Assembly: GCA_963836185.1 (NCBI GenBank)
Contig: CAWIIQ010000002.1
Span: forward strand, 288,001 to 352,000
Reading direction: 5' to 3'
Source: Candidatus Krumholzibacteriia bacterium
GTDB taxonomy: Bacteria > Krumholzibacteriota > Krumholzibacteriia > Krumholzibacteriales > Krumholzibacteriaceae
DNA length: 64,000 bases
Made by a program: the position numbers and the translations under genes. The notes under the pieces were generated by a model, which saw only the letters and a program-made list of their open reading frames with translations, did not search any database and was not told the DNA's origin. Positions 1 through 9,957 of the stretch are shown here, in pieces. How positions within the stretch are numbered: the stretch's first letter is position 1; each line of letters opens with the position of its first letter.

Positions 1-111
1 ACATCCCCACCTCAAGATCCCCCTTCCCATCGCGCTCCCAACTGCCCAAAAGAAAAAAAACAAAAAATAAACCGGTGCCTGAAGAAAGGGGAGAGCCAGG
101 ATGAATAAACA

Positions 112-139
112 TTGAATAAATCAATAACCTTTATAAGAT
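112..139 (+). promoter_or_regulatory. putative sigma70 promoter (TTGAAT-N16-TAAGAT)
   Basis: Hexamers in AT-rich DNA ~50 bp upstream of the ORF at 188, which has a GGAGG RBS. Confidence 0.35.
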
Positions 140-187
140 GAGTCTACGAGGGTTCCCTGTTTTACTTTTATTATTGGAGGTTTCTGC

Positions 188-1003
188 ATGAGAAGAAAAG
201 GCGTTCCGATGCTCGCCGCAATTTTCCTTATAGCTGTCTTCTTCTTTGTTTCAGCTCAGGATATATACGCCCAGGGAAAGAAACAAAAGGGTGAAAAGGG
301 AAACGGCAAGGGGAAGAAAACCGAGGAAAAAGTCGAGGGAGAGGATAAATCGAAGGAGCAAGTTGGAGATTCTTTAAACACGAACAGTAAAAAAGGTCAT
401 TATACACCGAAGAAACTGAAGGAAGAAAACAAGATGGAATGGGAGGGGGGCAATCCTCCTGGATGGTCAAAAGGCACTAAAACCGGCTGGGGAGAATCAG
501 GAGCGCCTCCAGGCAAGACAAAGCAGGGCGACAAGAGTGGCAGAGAAAACGAGAAGCGATACCCACCTGGAGCGGAAGACTGGGACAAAGGAAAAAGGGA
601 AGAGTGGGATAAGGACGTGGAGGCCGCGAAGGAACGAGTCCGGAAAAAGGCGCGTCAGCGGAAGGGAAGTGCTGAGGGAGACGAGGAGAGTGCCGTCAGG
701 TCGGTCGAAGGAGCCGCGAGAGAAGGCGTTCCGGTTGAACAGGCCGAGAAAACCGTTGAAAAAGCGATTGACCGCGGCATGAAGGGTGAGGAGATCGAAA
801 AAGTTACCCGTGCGATGTCTTATGGTGCTGATAATAATGTCGATTACGGGAAACTCGATTCCTTTGTTAAAAAGAAAATGGATTCGGGTGAGCACGGAGA
901 CGAACTCGCTATTTCAATTTACAAGGAAGTCGACAGTGGAAACCTGGAGAAGGTCAAAGAGGAGAAAAAACCATGGTGGAAAAGGATCTTTAAAAGGGAT
1001 TGA
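188..1003 (+). CDS. secreted, highly charged hypothetical protein (PPGW motif)
   Basis: 271 aa ORF with GGAGG RBS; Sec-type signal peptide; K/E/G-rich N-half; motif GNPPGWSKGTKTGW; C-terminal KKPWWKRIFK. Confidence 0.8.
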   Translation: MRRKGVPMLAAIFLIAVFFFVSAQDIYAQGKKQKGEKGNGKGKKTEEKVEGEDKSKEQVGDSLNTNSKKGHYTPKKLKEENKMEWEGGNPPGWSKGTKTGWGESGAPPGKTKQGDKSGRENEKRYPPGAEDWDKGKREEWDKDVEAAKERVRKKARQRKGSAEGDEESAVRSVEGAAREGVPVEQAEKTVEKAIDRGMKGEEIEKVTRAMSYGADNNVDYGKLDSFVKKKMDSGEHGDELAISIYKEVDSGNLEKVKEEKKPWWKRIFKRD

Positions 1004-1025
1004 TCGTCAATAAGCCATGGGCAGA

Positions 1026-1094
1026 AAATTCCGGCATTACTCCTCCGGCTTCTGGGTGAGAACACACGGATTCTCTGGGGTAATGCCGGAATTT
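1026..1094. repeat. 15-bp perfect inverted repeat (long hairpin)
   Basis: AAATTCCGGCATTAC (1026-1040) and GTAATGCCGGAATTT (1080-1094). Confidence 0.8.
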
Positions 1095-1260
1095 CATTTG
1101 TCCCCCTGCGCTACCCATCCAAGCGAAGCGCGCCGGAAGGTGGAGAATAGTATTGAAATAGTTCTGAAGGCTGTCTTGCAATAATATCAGTGCGTTCACC
1201 GGATGCATGTTCCGGGGAACAGTCTTGCTGGAGGGGTTCCCCCTGGGAAAGAGAATCCAC

Positions 1261-2385
1261 ATGAAAATTCATAGTGCCGGAGTTCGTTCGATCTCCTGGA
1301 TGATGCTCGCGGCGCTCCTGTCGCAGGGATGCACGAGCTATCATAATTATGAACCGGGAAACGCGGGTGAGATCATAGAGGAAGTCAACACGAAGGGCGC
1401 CGAGCGGAAGTCAAGGATAGCCACGAATGATGGATATCTATATTCGGCGACGAAACTTCACATCAGGCCGGACTCTTCATTCTGGTATGCGGGCGAGGAT
1501 CTCCAGCCGATCAGTCGCCAGACTCCCGAAATAAACGAGGTGATATTAATCGATCGCTCGAAAGGCGCCGGCGAAGGATTCCTGCTGGCGGCCATCCCCA
1601 TAATAATCTTCACGGGAATAGTCGCAATTAACGCGAGCTTGAATCCCACGATGTGTGATGGGAGCGAATTCTGTATCGATCCGGAGCCGGACGCTATAGC
1701 AATGGCTGGCCTGGGTACGGCAGTCGTCGGCGGATTGCTGTTTGCTTCAGCAGGTTACCTGATCGGCCATCAAGACGTGTACAGGTTCTCTTCCGACGCG
1801 TACTGGACAGGCGTTCTGAAGCAATGGGGATTTAAGGCCGGGCGCACCTGGGCGACACAGAGCTGGGAAGGGAGCGCACCATCTTCCTGGTACAACCCGA
1901 ATAATGTGTCCTGGGAGCCTGGAATACATATTGGATGTTATGCCGAGTGGTTTGACTATCAGAATTTCAGTATTACGACAGGCGTGAATTATGAGGAGAA
2001 AGGATTCGAATACTACGTCGGTGAGCGGCAGGCGGCGGTTCATTCGAGATATTCCTACATCTCACTGCCGATAGCCGTAAAATATTCGATCAGACGCGGC
2101 TTTGTAAGGCCGTACATCCTTGGCGGCCCCAGGATCGACTTTTTTACGGGCAGCGCTGATGACGACTGGGGAGTGGCATCAAGCTATAATGATTTTATTT
2201 TCGGCCTGTCATACGGCGGAGGGATCGAGTTCTGGTCGGATAAGAAGAGAAGTATATTCCTGGAATGTATATACAATCAGGATCTGACCTACGCCAGTGA
2301 AGCAGAACCTCTTTATCCCCCCGGCACCTCTGTGAAGATCAAAAACGAATCGGTCAACCTTTCCCTTGGAATAGGATTCAACTGA
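1261..2385 (+). CDS. lipoprotein-like N-terminus fused to a PorT/OMP_b-brl_2-type outer-membrane beta-barrel
   Basis: Lipobox-like LSQG-C; two hydrophobic segments; C-terminal half with alternating beta strands (WGFKAG, YISLPIAVKY, RPYILGGP, FGLSYGGGIEF) ending LSLGIGFN; start may be 1207 or 1261. Confidence 0.65.
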   Translation: MKIHSAGVRSISWMMLAALLSQGCTSYHNYEPGNAGEIIEEVNTKGAERKSRIATNDGYLYSATKLHIRPDSSFWYAGEDLQPISRQTPEINEVILIDRSKGAGEGFLLAAIPIIIFTGIVAINASLNPTMCDGSEFCIDPEPDAIAMAGLGTAVVGGLLFASAGYLIGHQDVYRFSSDAYWTGVLKQWGFKAGRTWATQSWEGSAPSSWYNPNNVSWEPGIHIGCYAEWFDYQNFSITTGVNYEEKGFEYYVGERQAAVHSRYSYISLPIAVKYSIRRGFVRPYILGGPRIDFFTGSADDDWGVASSYNDFIFGLSYGGGIEFWSDKKRSIFLECIYNQDLTYASEAEPLYPPGTSVKIKNESVNLSLGIGFN

Positions 2386-2559
2386 TACCCCGCACATGCT
2401 CGGGGACCTGATTTTTGATAATCTACGAAAAACCCTTTGTATTTATCAGTAATGATTCTAAACTGGCCGCATAGCTGGCTGCCACCTTGTTCCAGGTGAT
2501 GGGGTTTAGTTCTAAACGGGGTTTCCATATTCACTGCAGTTCAGCGGAAAGGAGAGGTT

Positions 2560-3264
2560 ATGCCTCTATCCAGGCGTCTGGGGGCGGAGTTTATCGGGAC
2601 CTTCTGGCTCGTCTTCGGTGGATGCGGCAGCGCCGTGCTGGCGGCGGCATTCCCCGGGTTCGGGATCGGTTTCGTAGGGGTCTCGCTGGCCTTCGGCTTT
2701 ACGGTCCTGACGATGGCATACGCGATCGGGCACGTATCGGGGTGCCATCTCAATCCGGCCGTATCGTTCGGCCTGTGGGCCGGCAAGCGGTTCGACGGGA
2801 AGGACCTGCTTCCCTACATCATCGCCCAGGTCCTCGGCGCTATCGCGGCCGCGGCTGTGCTGTACGTGATCGCCTCGGGCAAGGCGGGGTTTGAGATAGG
2901 CGGATTCGCGGCCAACGGTTACGCGGAGCATTCACCCGGCGGGTATTCGATGCTCGCGGCGCTCGTAGCGGAGGTCGTCCTGACATTCATGTTCCTCTTC
3001 ATAATCCTCGGCGCTACGGATGAGAGGGCCCCGAAGGGTTTTGCGCCGATAGCGATCGGCCTCGCGCTGACTTTGATCCACCTGATAAGCATCCCCGTGA
3101 CGAATACCTCGGTCAATCCCGCGAGAAGCACCGGACCGGCGCTCTTCGCTGGTGGCTGGGCACTCTCGCAGCTCTGGCTCTTCTGGGTCGCTCCGATAGT
3201 CGGAGGGATACTGGCAGGGTTTGTCTACCCGCGTGTGACTGGTGAAAAGACAGGCACTGAGTAA
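2560..3264 (+). CDS. aqpZ: aquaporin Z
   Basis: [16 protein letters not shown]; two NPA motifs (HLNPAVS, SVNPARS). Confidence 0.97.
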   Translation: MPLSRRLGAEFIGTFWLVFGGCGSAVLAAAFPGFGIGFVGVSLAFGFTVLTMAYAIGHVSGCHLNPAVSFGLWAGKRFDGKDLLPYIIAQVLGAIAAAAVLYVIASGKAGFEIGGFAANGYAEHSPGGYSMLAALVAEVVLTFMFLFIILGATDERAPKGFAPIAIGLALTLIHLISIPVTNTSVNPARSTGPALFAGGWALSQLWLFWVAPIVGGILAGFVYPRVTGEKTGTE

Positions 3265-3276
3265 AGGAGACACAGG

Positions 3277-3519
3277 ATGAATTTCCTTCTCTGGATAATA
3301 ATAGGCGCCCTGGCGGGCTGGATCGCCGGCAGGATAATGAAGGGAAGAGGGTTCGGGCCCCTCGGCAACATCATGATCGGTATCATCGGCAGTATTCTCG
3401 GAGGATGGGTCTTCGGGCTCTTCGGGATAACGGCCGGAGGCATAATCGGCTCGCTGGTGACAGCGGTAGTAGGCGCGGTGATACTGCTCTGGATCGTTGG
3501 GCTGGTCAAAAAGAAGTAG
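3277..3519 (+). CDS. GlsB/YeaQ/YmgE (transglycosylase-associated) small membrane protein
   Basis: 80 aa Gly-rich 3-TM protein, WIIIGALAGWIA...GIIGSILGG...AVVGAVILL; AAGGAG RBS. Confidence 0.9.
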   Translation: MNFLLWIIIGALAGWIAGRIMKGRGFGPLGNIMIGIIGSILGGWVFGLFGITAGGIIGSLVTAVVGAVILLWIVGLVKKK

Positions 3520-3559
3520 TTCGCCCGTATCGGAAAACAAGGTAAGGAAGGATAGAAAT

Positions 3560-4489
3560 ATGAGATTCGTTTCCACAGTACTACTGGTCGCTCTCTTGTT
3601 CATCACACTGGCGGCTCCGGCCTCGTTCGCAGGCAAAGACAAGGACAAGCCCGACAGCAAGGCCCTCTGCTGGATGATCTGGCCCTGGCCGTTCACCGAC
3701 CCGTGCGCAAGCTGCAATGACTCAGATGGCGACGGTGTATGCGACCACGAAGATGTCTGCCTGGAAACTCCGGCGGGAGTCAAGGTCGACAGCTATGGAT
3801 GCCCGGTCGACACGGACGGCGACGGTGTCTGGGATACGTTTGATAAATGCCCAGGCACACCGAAAGGCGCGAAGGTCGACAAGAAAGGCTGTCCGCGCGA
3901 TTCGGACGGAGACGGTGTCTTTGACGGTATCGATAAGTGCCCCGACACCCCGAAAGGGGCCGAAGTAGACAGGAAGGGCTGCCCAATCGACAGTGACGAA
4001 GACGGTGTATATGACGGGCTCGACAAGTGTCCCGATACGAACAAGCGGACCAAGGTCGACAAGGACGGGTGCCCTGTCAAGGTGAGCGAGGCCGCCTACG
4101 AATTCTTCAACACCGGCCTTTTCTCGACATCTGATATCGTGTTTGATGTCAGCAAGGCCGACCTGAAACCGGAGTCGAAGGGACTTCTCGACAAGATCGG
4201 GAAGGTCCTCTCCGAGTGGCCCGAGGCGGAGATCGAGATCGGCGGGCATACCGATTCATCCGGGTCGGAGAGCTTCAACCAGAAACTCTCCGAGGACCGC
4301 GCAAAATCGGTCAGGGAATATCTCCTGGAGAATTTCCCGAAGCTGAACCCCTCGTATCTCAAATCGGCAGGGTACGGCGAAAACAAGCCCGTAGCCTCGA
4401 ATGACACCGAGGAGGGCAAGAAGGAGAATCGTCGGGTAGAGTTCAAGATATTGAACCAGGAGGAGCTGAAACGCCCGGTTAAGGAGTAA
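3560..4489 (+). CDS. OmpA-family peptidoglycan-binding protein with thrombospondin type 3 repeats
   Basis: Signal peptide; repeated D-x-DGDGV-x-D-xx-D-x-C units; OmpA_C motifs GHTDSSG, NQKLSEDRA, GYGE, NRRVEF. Confidence 0.92.
   Translation: MRFVSTVLLVALLFITLAAPASFAGKDKDKPDSKALCWMIWPWPFTDPCASCNDSDGDGVCDHEDVCLETPAGVKVDSYGCPVDTDGDGVWDTFDKCPGTPKGAKVDKKGCPRDSDGDGVFDGIDKCPDTPKGAEVDRKGCPIDSDEDGVYDGLDKCPDTNKRTKVDKDGCPVKVSEAAYEFFNTGLFSTSDIVFDVSKADLKPESKGLLDKIGKVLSEWPEAEIEIGGHTDSSGSESFNQKLSEDRAKSVREYLLENFPKLNPSYLKSAGYGENKPVASNDTEEGKKENRRVEFKILNQEELKRPVKE
3713..4078 (+). repeat. intragenic ~84-bp (28 aa) TSP3 tandem repeats
   Basis: About four units of DxDGDGVxDxxDKCPxTPxGxxVDxxGCP. Confidence 0.85.
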
Positions 4490-4527
4490 TTCGTCCGTTA
4501 AGTCAAGTGTAAATTGATGTTACGCTT

Positions 4528-4595
4528 GTGAAGGGCAGGCCCGTTGAAACCCTCGGTTCCTCCGGGGTTTCTGAGGGCCTGCCCTTCACTCTTTC
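4528..4595 (+). terminator. long stem-loop, probable terminator of the aqpZ-ompA unit
   Basis: GTGAAGGGCAGGCCC pairs with GGGCCTGCCCTTCAC, with an inner GAAACCC/GGGTTTC stem; followed only by TCTTTC. Confidence 0.55.
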
Positions 4596-4608
4596 AGCTC
4601 ATTTCCAC

Positions 4609-4637
4609 TTGACTTACCGGGCTTAGTACGTTATATC
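4609..4637 (+). promoter_or_regulatory. putative sigma70 promoter of rplU-rpmA
   Basis: TTGACT-N17-TATATC upstream of an AGGAGG RBS. Confidence 0.45.
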
Positions 4638-4672
4638 TATATCTCTTTGGCATTTTCAGGAGGTTCGGAGAA

Positions 4673-4984
4673 GTGTACGCGGTCGTAAATCTGGCCGGAA
4701 AACAGTTTACTGTAAGGCCTGACGAGAATATTCGGGTTCCGCTCCTCGACGTCGAGGTCGGAAGCGTGATCCAGTGCGACGACGTGCTTCTCTATTCAGA
4801 CGGTGATGACGTGCGTGTCGGACAGCCCACGGTCGATGGTATCAAGGTGACCGCCGAGGTCGTCGAGCACGGCAGGGAAAAGAAGATCATCGTCTTCAAG
4901 ATGAAGCGCAGGAAAGGGTACCGTCGCAAGAACGGTCATCGCCAGGGTTTCACCCTGATCAAGATAAAGGATATTTCGGCATAA
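4673..4984 (+). CDS. rplU: 50S ribosomal protein L21
   Basis: MYAVV..GKQ...[21 protein letters not shown]; GTG start. Confidence 0.98.
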   Translation: MYAVVNLAGKQFTVRPDENIRVPLLDVEVGSVIQCDDVLLYSDGDDVRVGQPTVDGIKVTAEVVEHGREKKIIVFKMKRRKGYRRKNGHRQGFTLIKIKDISA

Positions 4985-4997
4985 CAGGAGTAGCGTA

Positions 4998-5255
4998 ATG
5001 GCTCACAAAAAAGGCGTTGGAAGTTCCAAGAACGGTCGTGACAGCAATGCAAACCGGCTCGGCGTAAAGGCGCCCTCGGGACGCACGGTCGCGGCGGGAA
5101 CTATCATAATCCGCCAGAGGGGCACCAGGATCCATCCCGGCCTCAACGTGGCAAAGGGTGGAGACGATACGCTGTACGCGCTGATAGACGGCAAGGTGCA
5201 GTTCGAGCGCTTTGGCAAGTCGAAGAAAAAGGTCAGCGTCTACGCGCAGAATTAA
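4998..5255 (+). CDS. rpmA: 50S ribosomal protein L27
   Basis: [28 protein letters not shown]. Confidence 0.99.
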   Translation: MAHKKGVGSSKNGRDSNANRLGVKAPSGRTVAAGTIIIRQRGTRIHPGLNVAKGGDDTLYALIDGKVQFERFGKSKKKVSVYAQN

Positions 5256-5270
5256 AGCCGACAGGCTTGA

Positions 5271-5299
5271 TTGACAGCCCCGCGGCTATCGTGTAAGTT
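5271..5299 (+). promoter_or_regulatory. putative sigma70 promoter
   Basis: TTGACA-N17-TAAGTT. Confidence 0.5.
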
Positions 5300-5345
5300 A
5301 TGGAGAGTCCGGACAGGTAAGACTGTCGGACCCTCCATTTTTTTT
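5300..5345 (+). terminator. intrinsic terminator
   Basis: TGGAGAGTCCGGACAG / CTGTCGGACCCTCCA stem followed by a T8 run. Confidence 0.75.
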
Positions 5346-5368
5346 GTCCGAAACAGGGAGTATGAACG

Positions 5369-6025
5369 ATGAAACTCAGGTACCTCGGGCATGCCGCCTT
5401 CGAGCTCGAACTCGATGATGGACGCAAGATCGTCTTCGACCCTTATGAATCCGGGTCGTACGATGGCGCCCTCGCCTTCGGCCCGATCGAGGGGTCTCAT
5501 GATATCGCCGTCGTGAGCCACGACCATCCCGATCACAGGTTCGAGGGTGTCACCTCCCGGGCCGGCACGATATGGGACAGGGCCGGCGAGACCGATATCG
5601 GCGGCGTCAGGATAACGTCGATCCCGACATTCCACGATGAGACCGAAGGAAGCGAACGGGGGACGAACCTGATCTCGATCGTCGAGGCTGACGGTGTGAG
5701 AGTCGCCCATCTCGGCGACCTCGGCCATGCGATCACGAAAGCTGATGTGCCGGCGCTCGAGGGAGTGGACGTCATGATCATCCCGGTCGGCGGGTATTTC
5801 ACGATCGACGCGGCCACGGCGAAAGGGATCGTCGGCGAGTTCTCGCCGAAGATCGTCGTTCCGATGCACTACAAGTCGGGGAAATGCGGATTTCCGATAG
5901 CGCCCGTCGATGATTTTACTATGTTAATGGGAGATTTCAATGAAGCGGGAGGCAGCGAGCTCGACCTGACGGCCGGATCGCTGCCGGAGAATCAGAAGGT
6001 AATGATCCTCGATCCGGCTCTTTAG
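5369..6025 (+). CDS. MBL-fold metallo-hydrolase (Lactamase_B_3 type)
   Basis: YLGHAAF, SHDHPDH, HLGDLGH, PMHY. Confidence 0.9.
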   Translation: MKLRYLGHAAFELELDDGRKIVFDPYESGSYDGALAFGPIEGSHDIAVVSHDHPDHRFEGVTSRAGTIWDRAGETDIGGVRITSIPTFHDETEGSERGTNLISIVEADGVRVAHLGDLGHAITKADVPALEGVDVMIIPVGGYFTIDAATAKGIVGEFSPKIVVPMHYKSGKCGFPIAPVDDFTMLMGDFNEAGGSELDLTAGSLPENQKVMILDPAL

Positions 6026-6048
6026 CCGGAAGAAAGAAGGAAACGCAG

Positions 6049-6893
6049 ATGAGGGAGATCGAGGCCTCGAGAGATAACGGAAGAAGTGGCGCGCCTGTGC
6101 ATGGAGGCGAACTTCGAGCTCGAGGATGACGTGCAGAAGGCCCTCGAAAAGGCTCACGAGGCGGAAGAATCGCCCGCGGGCAAGGAGGTCCTCAGGCAGA
6201 TCATCGAGAACTCGGGTATAGCGAGGGGCGAGAGGATGCCGATGTGCCAGGACACCGGCCTGGCTGTCATCTTCGCCGAGGTAGGGCAGGACCTGCACAT
6301 CGCAGGCGGCGGTTTCGAGGACGCCATCAACGCGGGCGTCAGGAAGGGCTATACCGACGGGTACCTTCGCAAGTCGGTCCTCGCCGATCCGGTCAAGGGC
6401 GGCAATACCGGGGACAACACACCGGCCGTCATCCATACGACGATCGTGCCGGGTGAGGAGCTCAAGCTCTGGGTCGTTCCCAAGGGGGGCGGCAGCGAGA
6501 ACATGAGCCGCATCGCCATGATGAAGCCTGCCGACGGCATCGAGGGCATCAAGAAGTTCGTCGTGGAGAACGTCAAGTCCGCCTCGGGCAATCCCTGCCC
6601 GCCGATCATCGTCGGCGTCGGCATCGGGGGGACCTTCGAGAGATGCGCGCAGCTGGCGAAGAAGGCGCTGCTCCGGGAGATCGGCTCGCACGCATCCCGA
6701 CGAGCTCTATGCCGGGCTGGAAAAGGAACTGCTCAAGATGGTAAACGATCTCGGCGTCGGCCCGATGGGGCTCGGCGGCCGGACGACGGCGCTCGCCGTC
6801 CACATCGAGGCGGCCCCGAGGCATATCGCCTCGTTCCCGGTATCGATGAACATCAACTGTCACGCCGCTAGGCACAAATATATCGAGCTGTAG
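6049..6893 (+). CDS. class I fumarate hydratase/tartrate dehydratase alpha subunit (frameshifted near 6070 and 6690)
   Basis: PMCQDTG, GYLRKS, DNTPA, KGGGSEN, NPCPP; C-terminal GPMGLGG..CHAARH continues in another frame. Confidence 0.9.
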
Positions 6894-6913
6894 AGAGAAG
6901 GAGCGATCCGGAA

Positions 6914-7465
6914 ATGGCAGATTATTCACTTACCACCCCGCTCAGCGACGAGGACGTCAAGAAGCTGAAGGCGGGAGATACGGTGAAGCTCACCGGGACG
7001 ATCTACACTGCCCGCGATGCCGCGCACGCGAGGCTTGTCGACCTTCTCGATGAAGGGAAAGAGCTTCCCATCCCCCTCGAGGGACAGATCATCTACTACG
7101 TCGGCCCGTCGCCGACGCCGCCGGGAAAGCCGATCGGATCGGCCGGCCCGACGACGAGCTACCGCATGGATCCCTACGCCCCCGCCCTGCTCGACCAGGG
7201 GCTCAAGGGGATGATCGGCAAGGGCGGCCGCAACGAAGAAGTCGTCAAGGCGATGGAGAGGAACACGGCCGTATATTTTGTCGCTACGGGCGGGGCCGCG
7301 GCGCTCATATCGCGCAGCATAACCGCAGCTGAGATAGTCGCTTACGAGGATCTCGGCGCTGAGGCGATCAGGAAGCTGACTGTCGAGGGATTTCCCGTGA
7401 TAGTCGCCCAGGACTGCCACGGCGGGAACGTTTACGAAGAGGGCCAGGCGAAGTACGCGAGATGA
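6914..7465 (+). CDS. class I fumarate hydratase/tartrate dehydratase beta subunit
   Basis: TARDAAH, GPTTSYRM, MIGKG, DLGAEA. Confidence 0.95.
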   Translation: MADYSLTTPLSDEDVKKLKAGDTVKLTGTIYTARDAAHARLVDLLDEGKELPIPLEGQIIYYVGPSPTPPGKPIGSAGPTTSYRMDPYAPALLDQGLKGMIGKGGRNEEVVKAMERNTAVYFVATGGAAALISRSITAAEIVAYEDLGAEAIRKLTVEGFPVIVAQDCHGGNVYEEGQAKYAR

Positions 7466-7496
7466 CCGGGTGATCCGGCAATAAAAGGAGAAGGCT

Positions 7497-8217
7497 CTGG
7501 CAACGAAAGTACTCGCGGTCATACCGGCCCGTTACGGGTCGACCCGCTTTCCCGGCAAACCGCTGGCGAAGATCGCCGGGCTGCCGATGATCCTGCATGT
7601 CACCCGGCGCGTCTCGGGGATAAGGGGTATCGAGAAGGTGATCGTCGCCACTGACGACGAGCGCATCATGGAAGTCGTCACCGCCGACGGCCACCTGGCG
7701 GAGATGACTTCGAAGCGTCACCGGACCGGCACCGCCCGAGTCGCCGAGGTGGCCGCGCGTCACAGCTGCAGCATCGTGGTAAATGTCCAGGGCGATGAGC
7801 CACTGCTTCCATCTGCCGCCGTCGAGAGGCTGGTGGCGAGTCATGCGAGCCGATCACAAACTGCTGATGGCGACTCTGGCCACCACGGGAAGCGGCGCGG
7901 CCGAGATCAACAGGCCCGACGTCGTCAAGGTCGCCGTCGACCGCGAAGGGTACGCGATGTATTTCTCGCGCTCGCCCGTCCCTCACGGTACCGACAAGTT
8001 CCTCCACCATATCGGCATCTATGCCTTCAGGCGGAAATTCCTGCTCGGATACGATGAGATGCCGAAGGGGCCGTTCGAGAAAGCGGAGGGCCTCGAGCAG
8101 CTCAGGGCCCTGGAAAACGGGTTCAGAATACGCGTTATGCCATGCAGGGCGCGGTCTTTCGGCGTTGACAGGCCGGAAGACATAAAAAGAGTTGAAAAAA
8201 GACTGGCCAGCCGTTAA
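7497..8217 (+). CDS. kdsB: 3-deoxy-manno-octulosonate cytidylyltransferase (apparent CTG start; frameshift near 7836)
   Basis: [27 protein letters not shown], then [22 protein letters not shown] in the next frame. Confidence 0.92.
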
Positions 8218-8220
8218 TGT
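8192..8220 (+). promoter_or_regulatory. putative sigma70 promoter of pyrG-kdsA-kdsD
   Basis: TTGAAA-N17-TAATGT overlapping the end of kdsB. Confidence 0.5.
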
Positions 8221-8289
8221 AATCGGCGGTCAGCCACTTATTCGCAATAGACATAGGATCCAGCAACCGGGACCCCGGCGGGGAGCAGT

Positions 8290-9946
8290 TTGGGAGAGAA
8301 GACGAAATATATTTTCGTAACGGGTGGAGTGGTTTCGTCTCTCGGCAAAGGTATCGCTGCCGCCTCACTAGGGCTGCTGCTCAAGCAGCGCGGGCTCCGC
8401 ATCGTCCTCCAGAAATTCGATCCCTATCTCAATGTCGATCCGGGCACGATGAGCCCGTTTCCAGCATGGCGAGGTCTTCGTCACCGACGACGGCGCCGAG
8501 ACCGATCTCGACCTCGGGCATTACGAGAGGTTCATCGACCGCAACCTGAGCCAGCGCTCGAACGTGACGACCGGCCAGGTCTACGAGGCGATCATCAACC
8601 GCGAGCGCAACGGCGGGTACCTCGGCAAGACGGTCCAGGTCGTTCCGCACGTCTCGGACGAGATCAAGAACAGGATCAGGCTCGCCGCCGAGAACGGCGA
8701 GGATGTCGACGTCGTGATCACCGAGGTCGGCGGCACGACGGGTGATATCGAGGGGCTGCCGTTCCTCGAGGCCATCAGGCAGATGAGGCTCGACCAGGGG
8801 CGCGATAACGTTCTGTACATTCATCTTACGCTTGTTCCATATATCAAGACCGCTCACGAGATCAAGACCAAGCCGACCCAGCACAGCGTCAAGGGACTGC
8901 GCGAGATCGGTATCCAGCCCGATATCCTTCTCTGCCGCTGCGACAGGCCGCTCTCGCAGGAGCTCAAGGCGAAGATCGCGCTCTTCTGCAACGTCGAGGA
9001 GGGCGCGGTGATCGAGGCGATCGACGCCGAATCGATATACCACGTTCCTCTCAAACTCGGCAAGGAGGGGCTGGACGATCTGGTCGTCGAAAAGCTCCGG
9101 CTCGATGTCGGGCCTCCCGACCTCGAGGAGTGGGAGAGGATGGTCCACAAGATCTTCTCGATGACAGAGAGCGTCGACGTGGCGATAGTCGGCAAGTATA
9201 TCCAGATAGTCGACGCGTACAAGAGCATCATAGAGTCGTTCACACATGCAGGTGTTGCCAACGATGTGCACGTCAACCTCAGGTGGGTCGACGCGGAGAA
9301 GATAGAAGAGGACGGGCCGGAGAAATGGCTCGACAGCGTCGACGGTATCCTCGTTCCCGGCGGTTTCGGCGAGCGCGGCACCGAGGGGAAGATCACGGCC
9401 GTGAAATACGCCCGCGAGAACGGCGTGCCCTACCTCGGGATATGTCTCGGTCTCCAGATGGCCGTTATCGAGTTTGCCCGAAACGTCTGCGGACTAGATG
9501 CCGGATCGAGCGAGTTCGATCCCGATGTTCCTCATCCCGTCATCGACCTGATGCGCGACCAGCGCAGTCAGTCGAAGATGGGCGGAACGATGCGCCTCGG
9601 AGCTTATCCCTGCGTTCTCGAGAAAGGGACGCTCGCCCACGAGCTGTATGGAGTGGACGAGATAAGCGAGCGCCACCGCCATCGCTGGGAAGTCAACAAT
9701 ACATACCGCGAGCAGCTCGCCGCGAAGGGCCTCATCTTCTCGGGGCTCTCACCGAAGGGCGACCTCGTCGAGATAATCGAACTGCAGGGACACCCCTACT
9801 TCATCGCAGGACAGTTCCACCCCGAGCTTAAATCCCGCCCCATGAGGGCGCATCCCCTCTTCAGGGGGCTCGTGGCAGCCGCGAAAGAACTGAACCACGC
9901 CCGGGCAAAGGGTGAGGGCACGGTCGCCGCGGGCCGCGACGGATAG
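8290..9946 (+). CDS. pyrG: CTP synthase (TTG start; frameshift near 8460)
   Basis: [43 protein letters not shown]. Confidence 0.97.
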
Positions 9947-9957
9947 CGGGAGGAGCA

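Noticed and set aside
47-71. A-rich tract as a functional element
   Set aside because: At the window edge with no context; may be low-quality sequence or a reverse-strand terminator tail
3560-4489. T9SS PorE homologue
   Set aside because: It has TSP3 repeats and OmpA_C only; no TPR/WD40 domains and no lipobox
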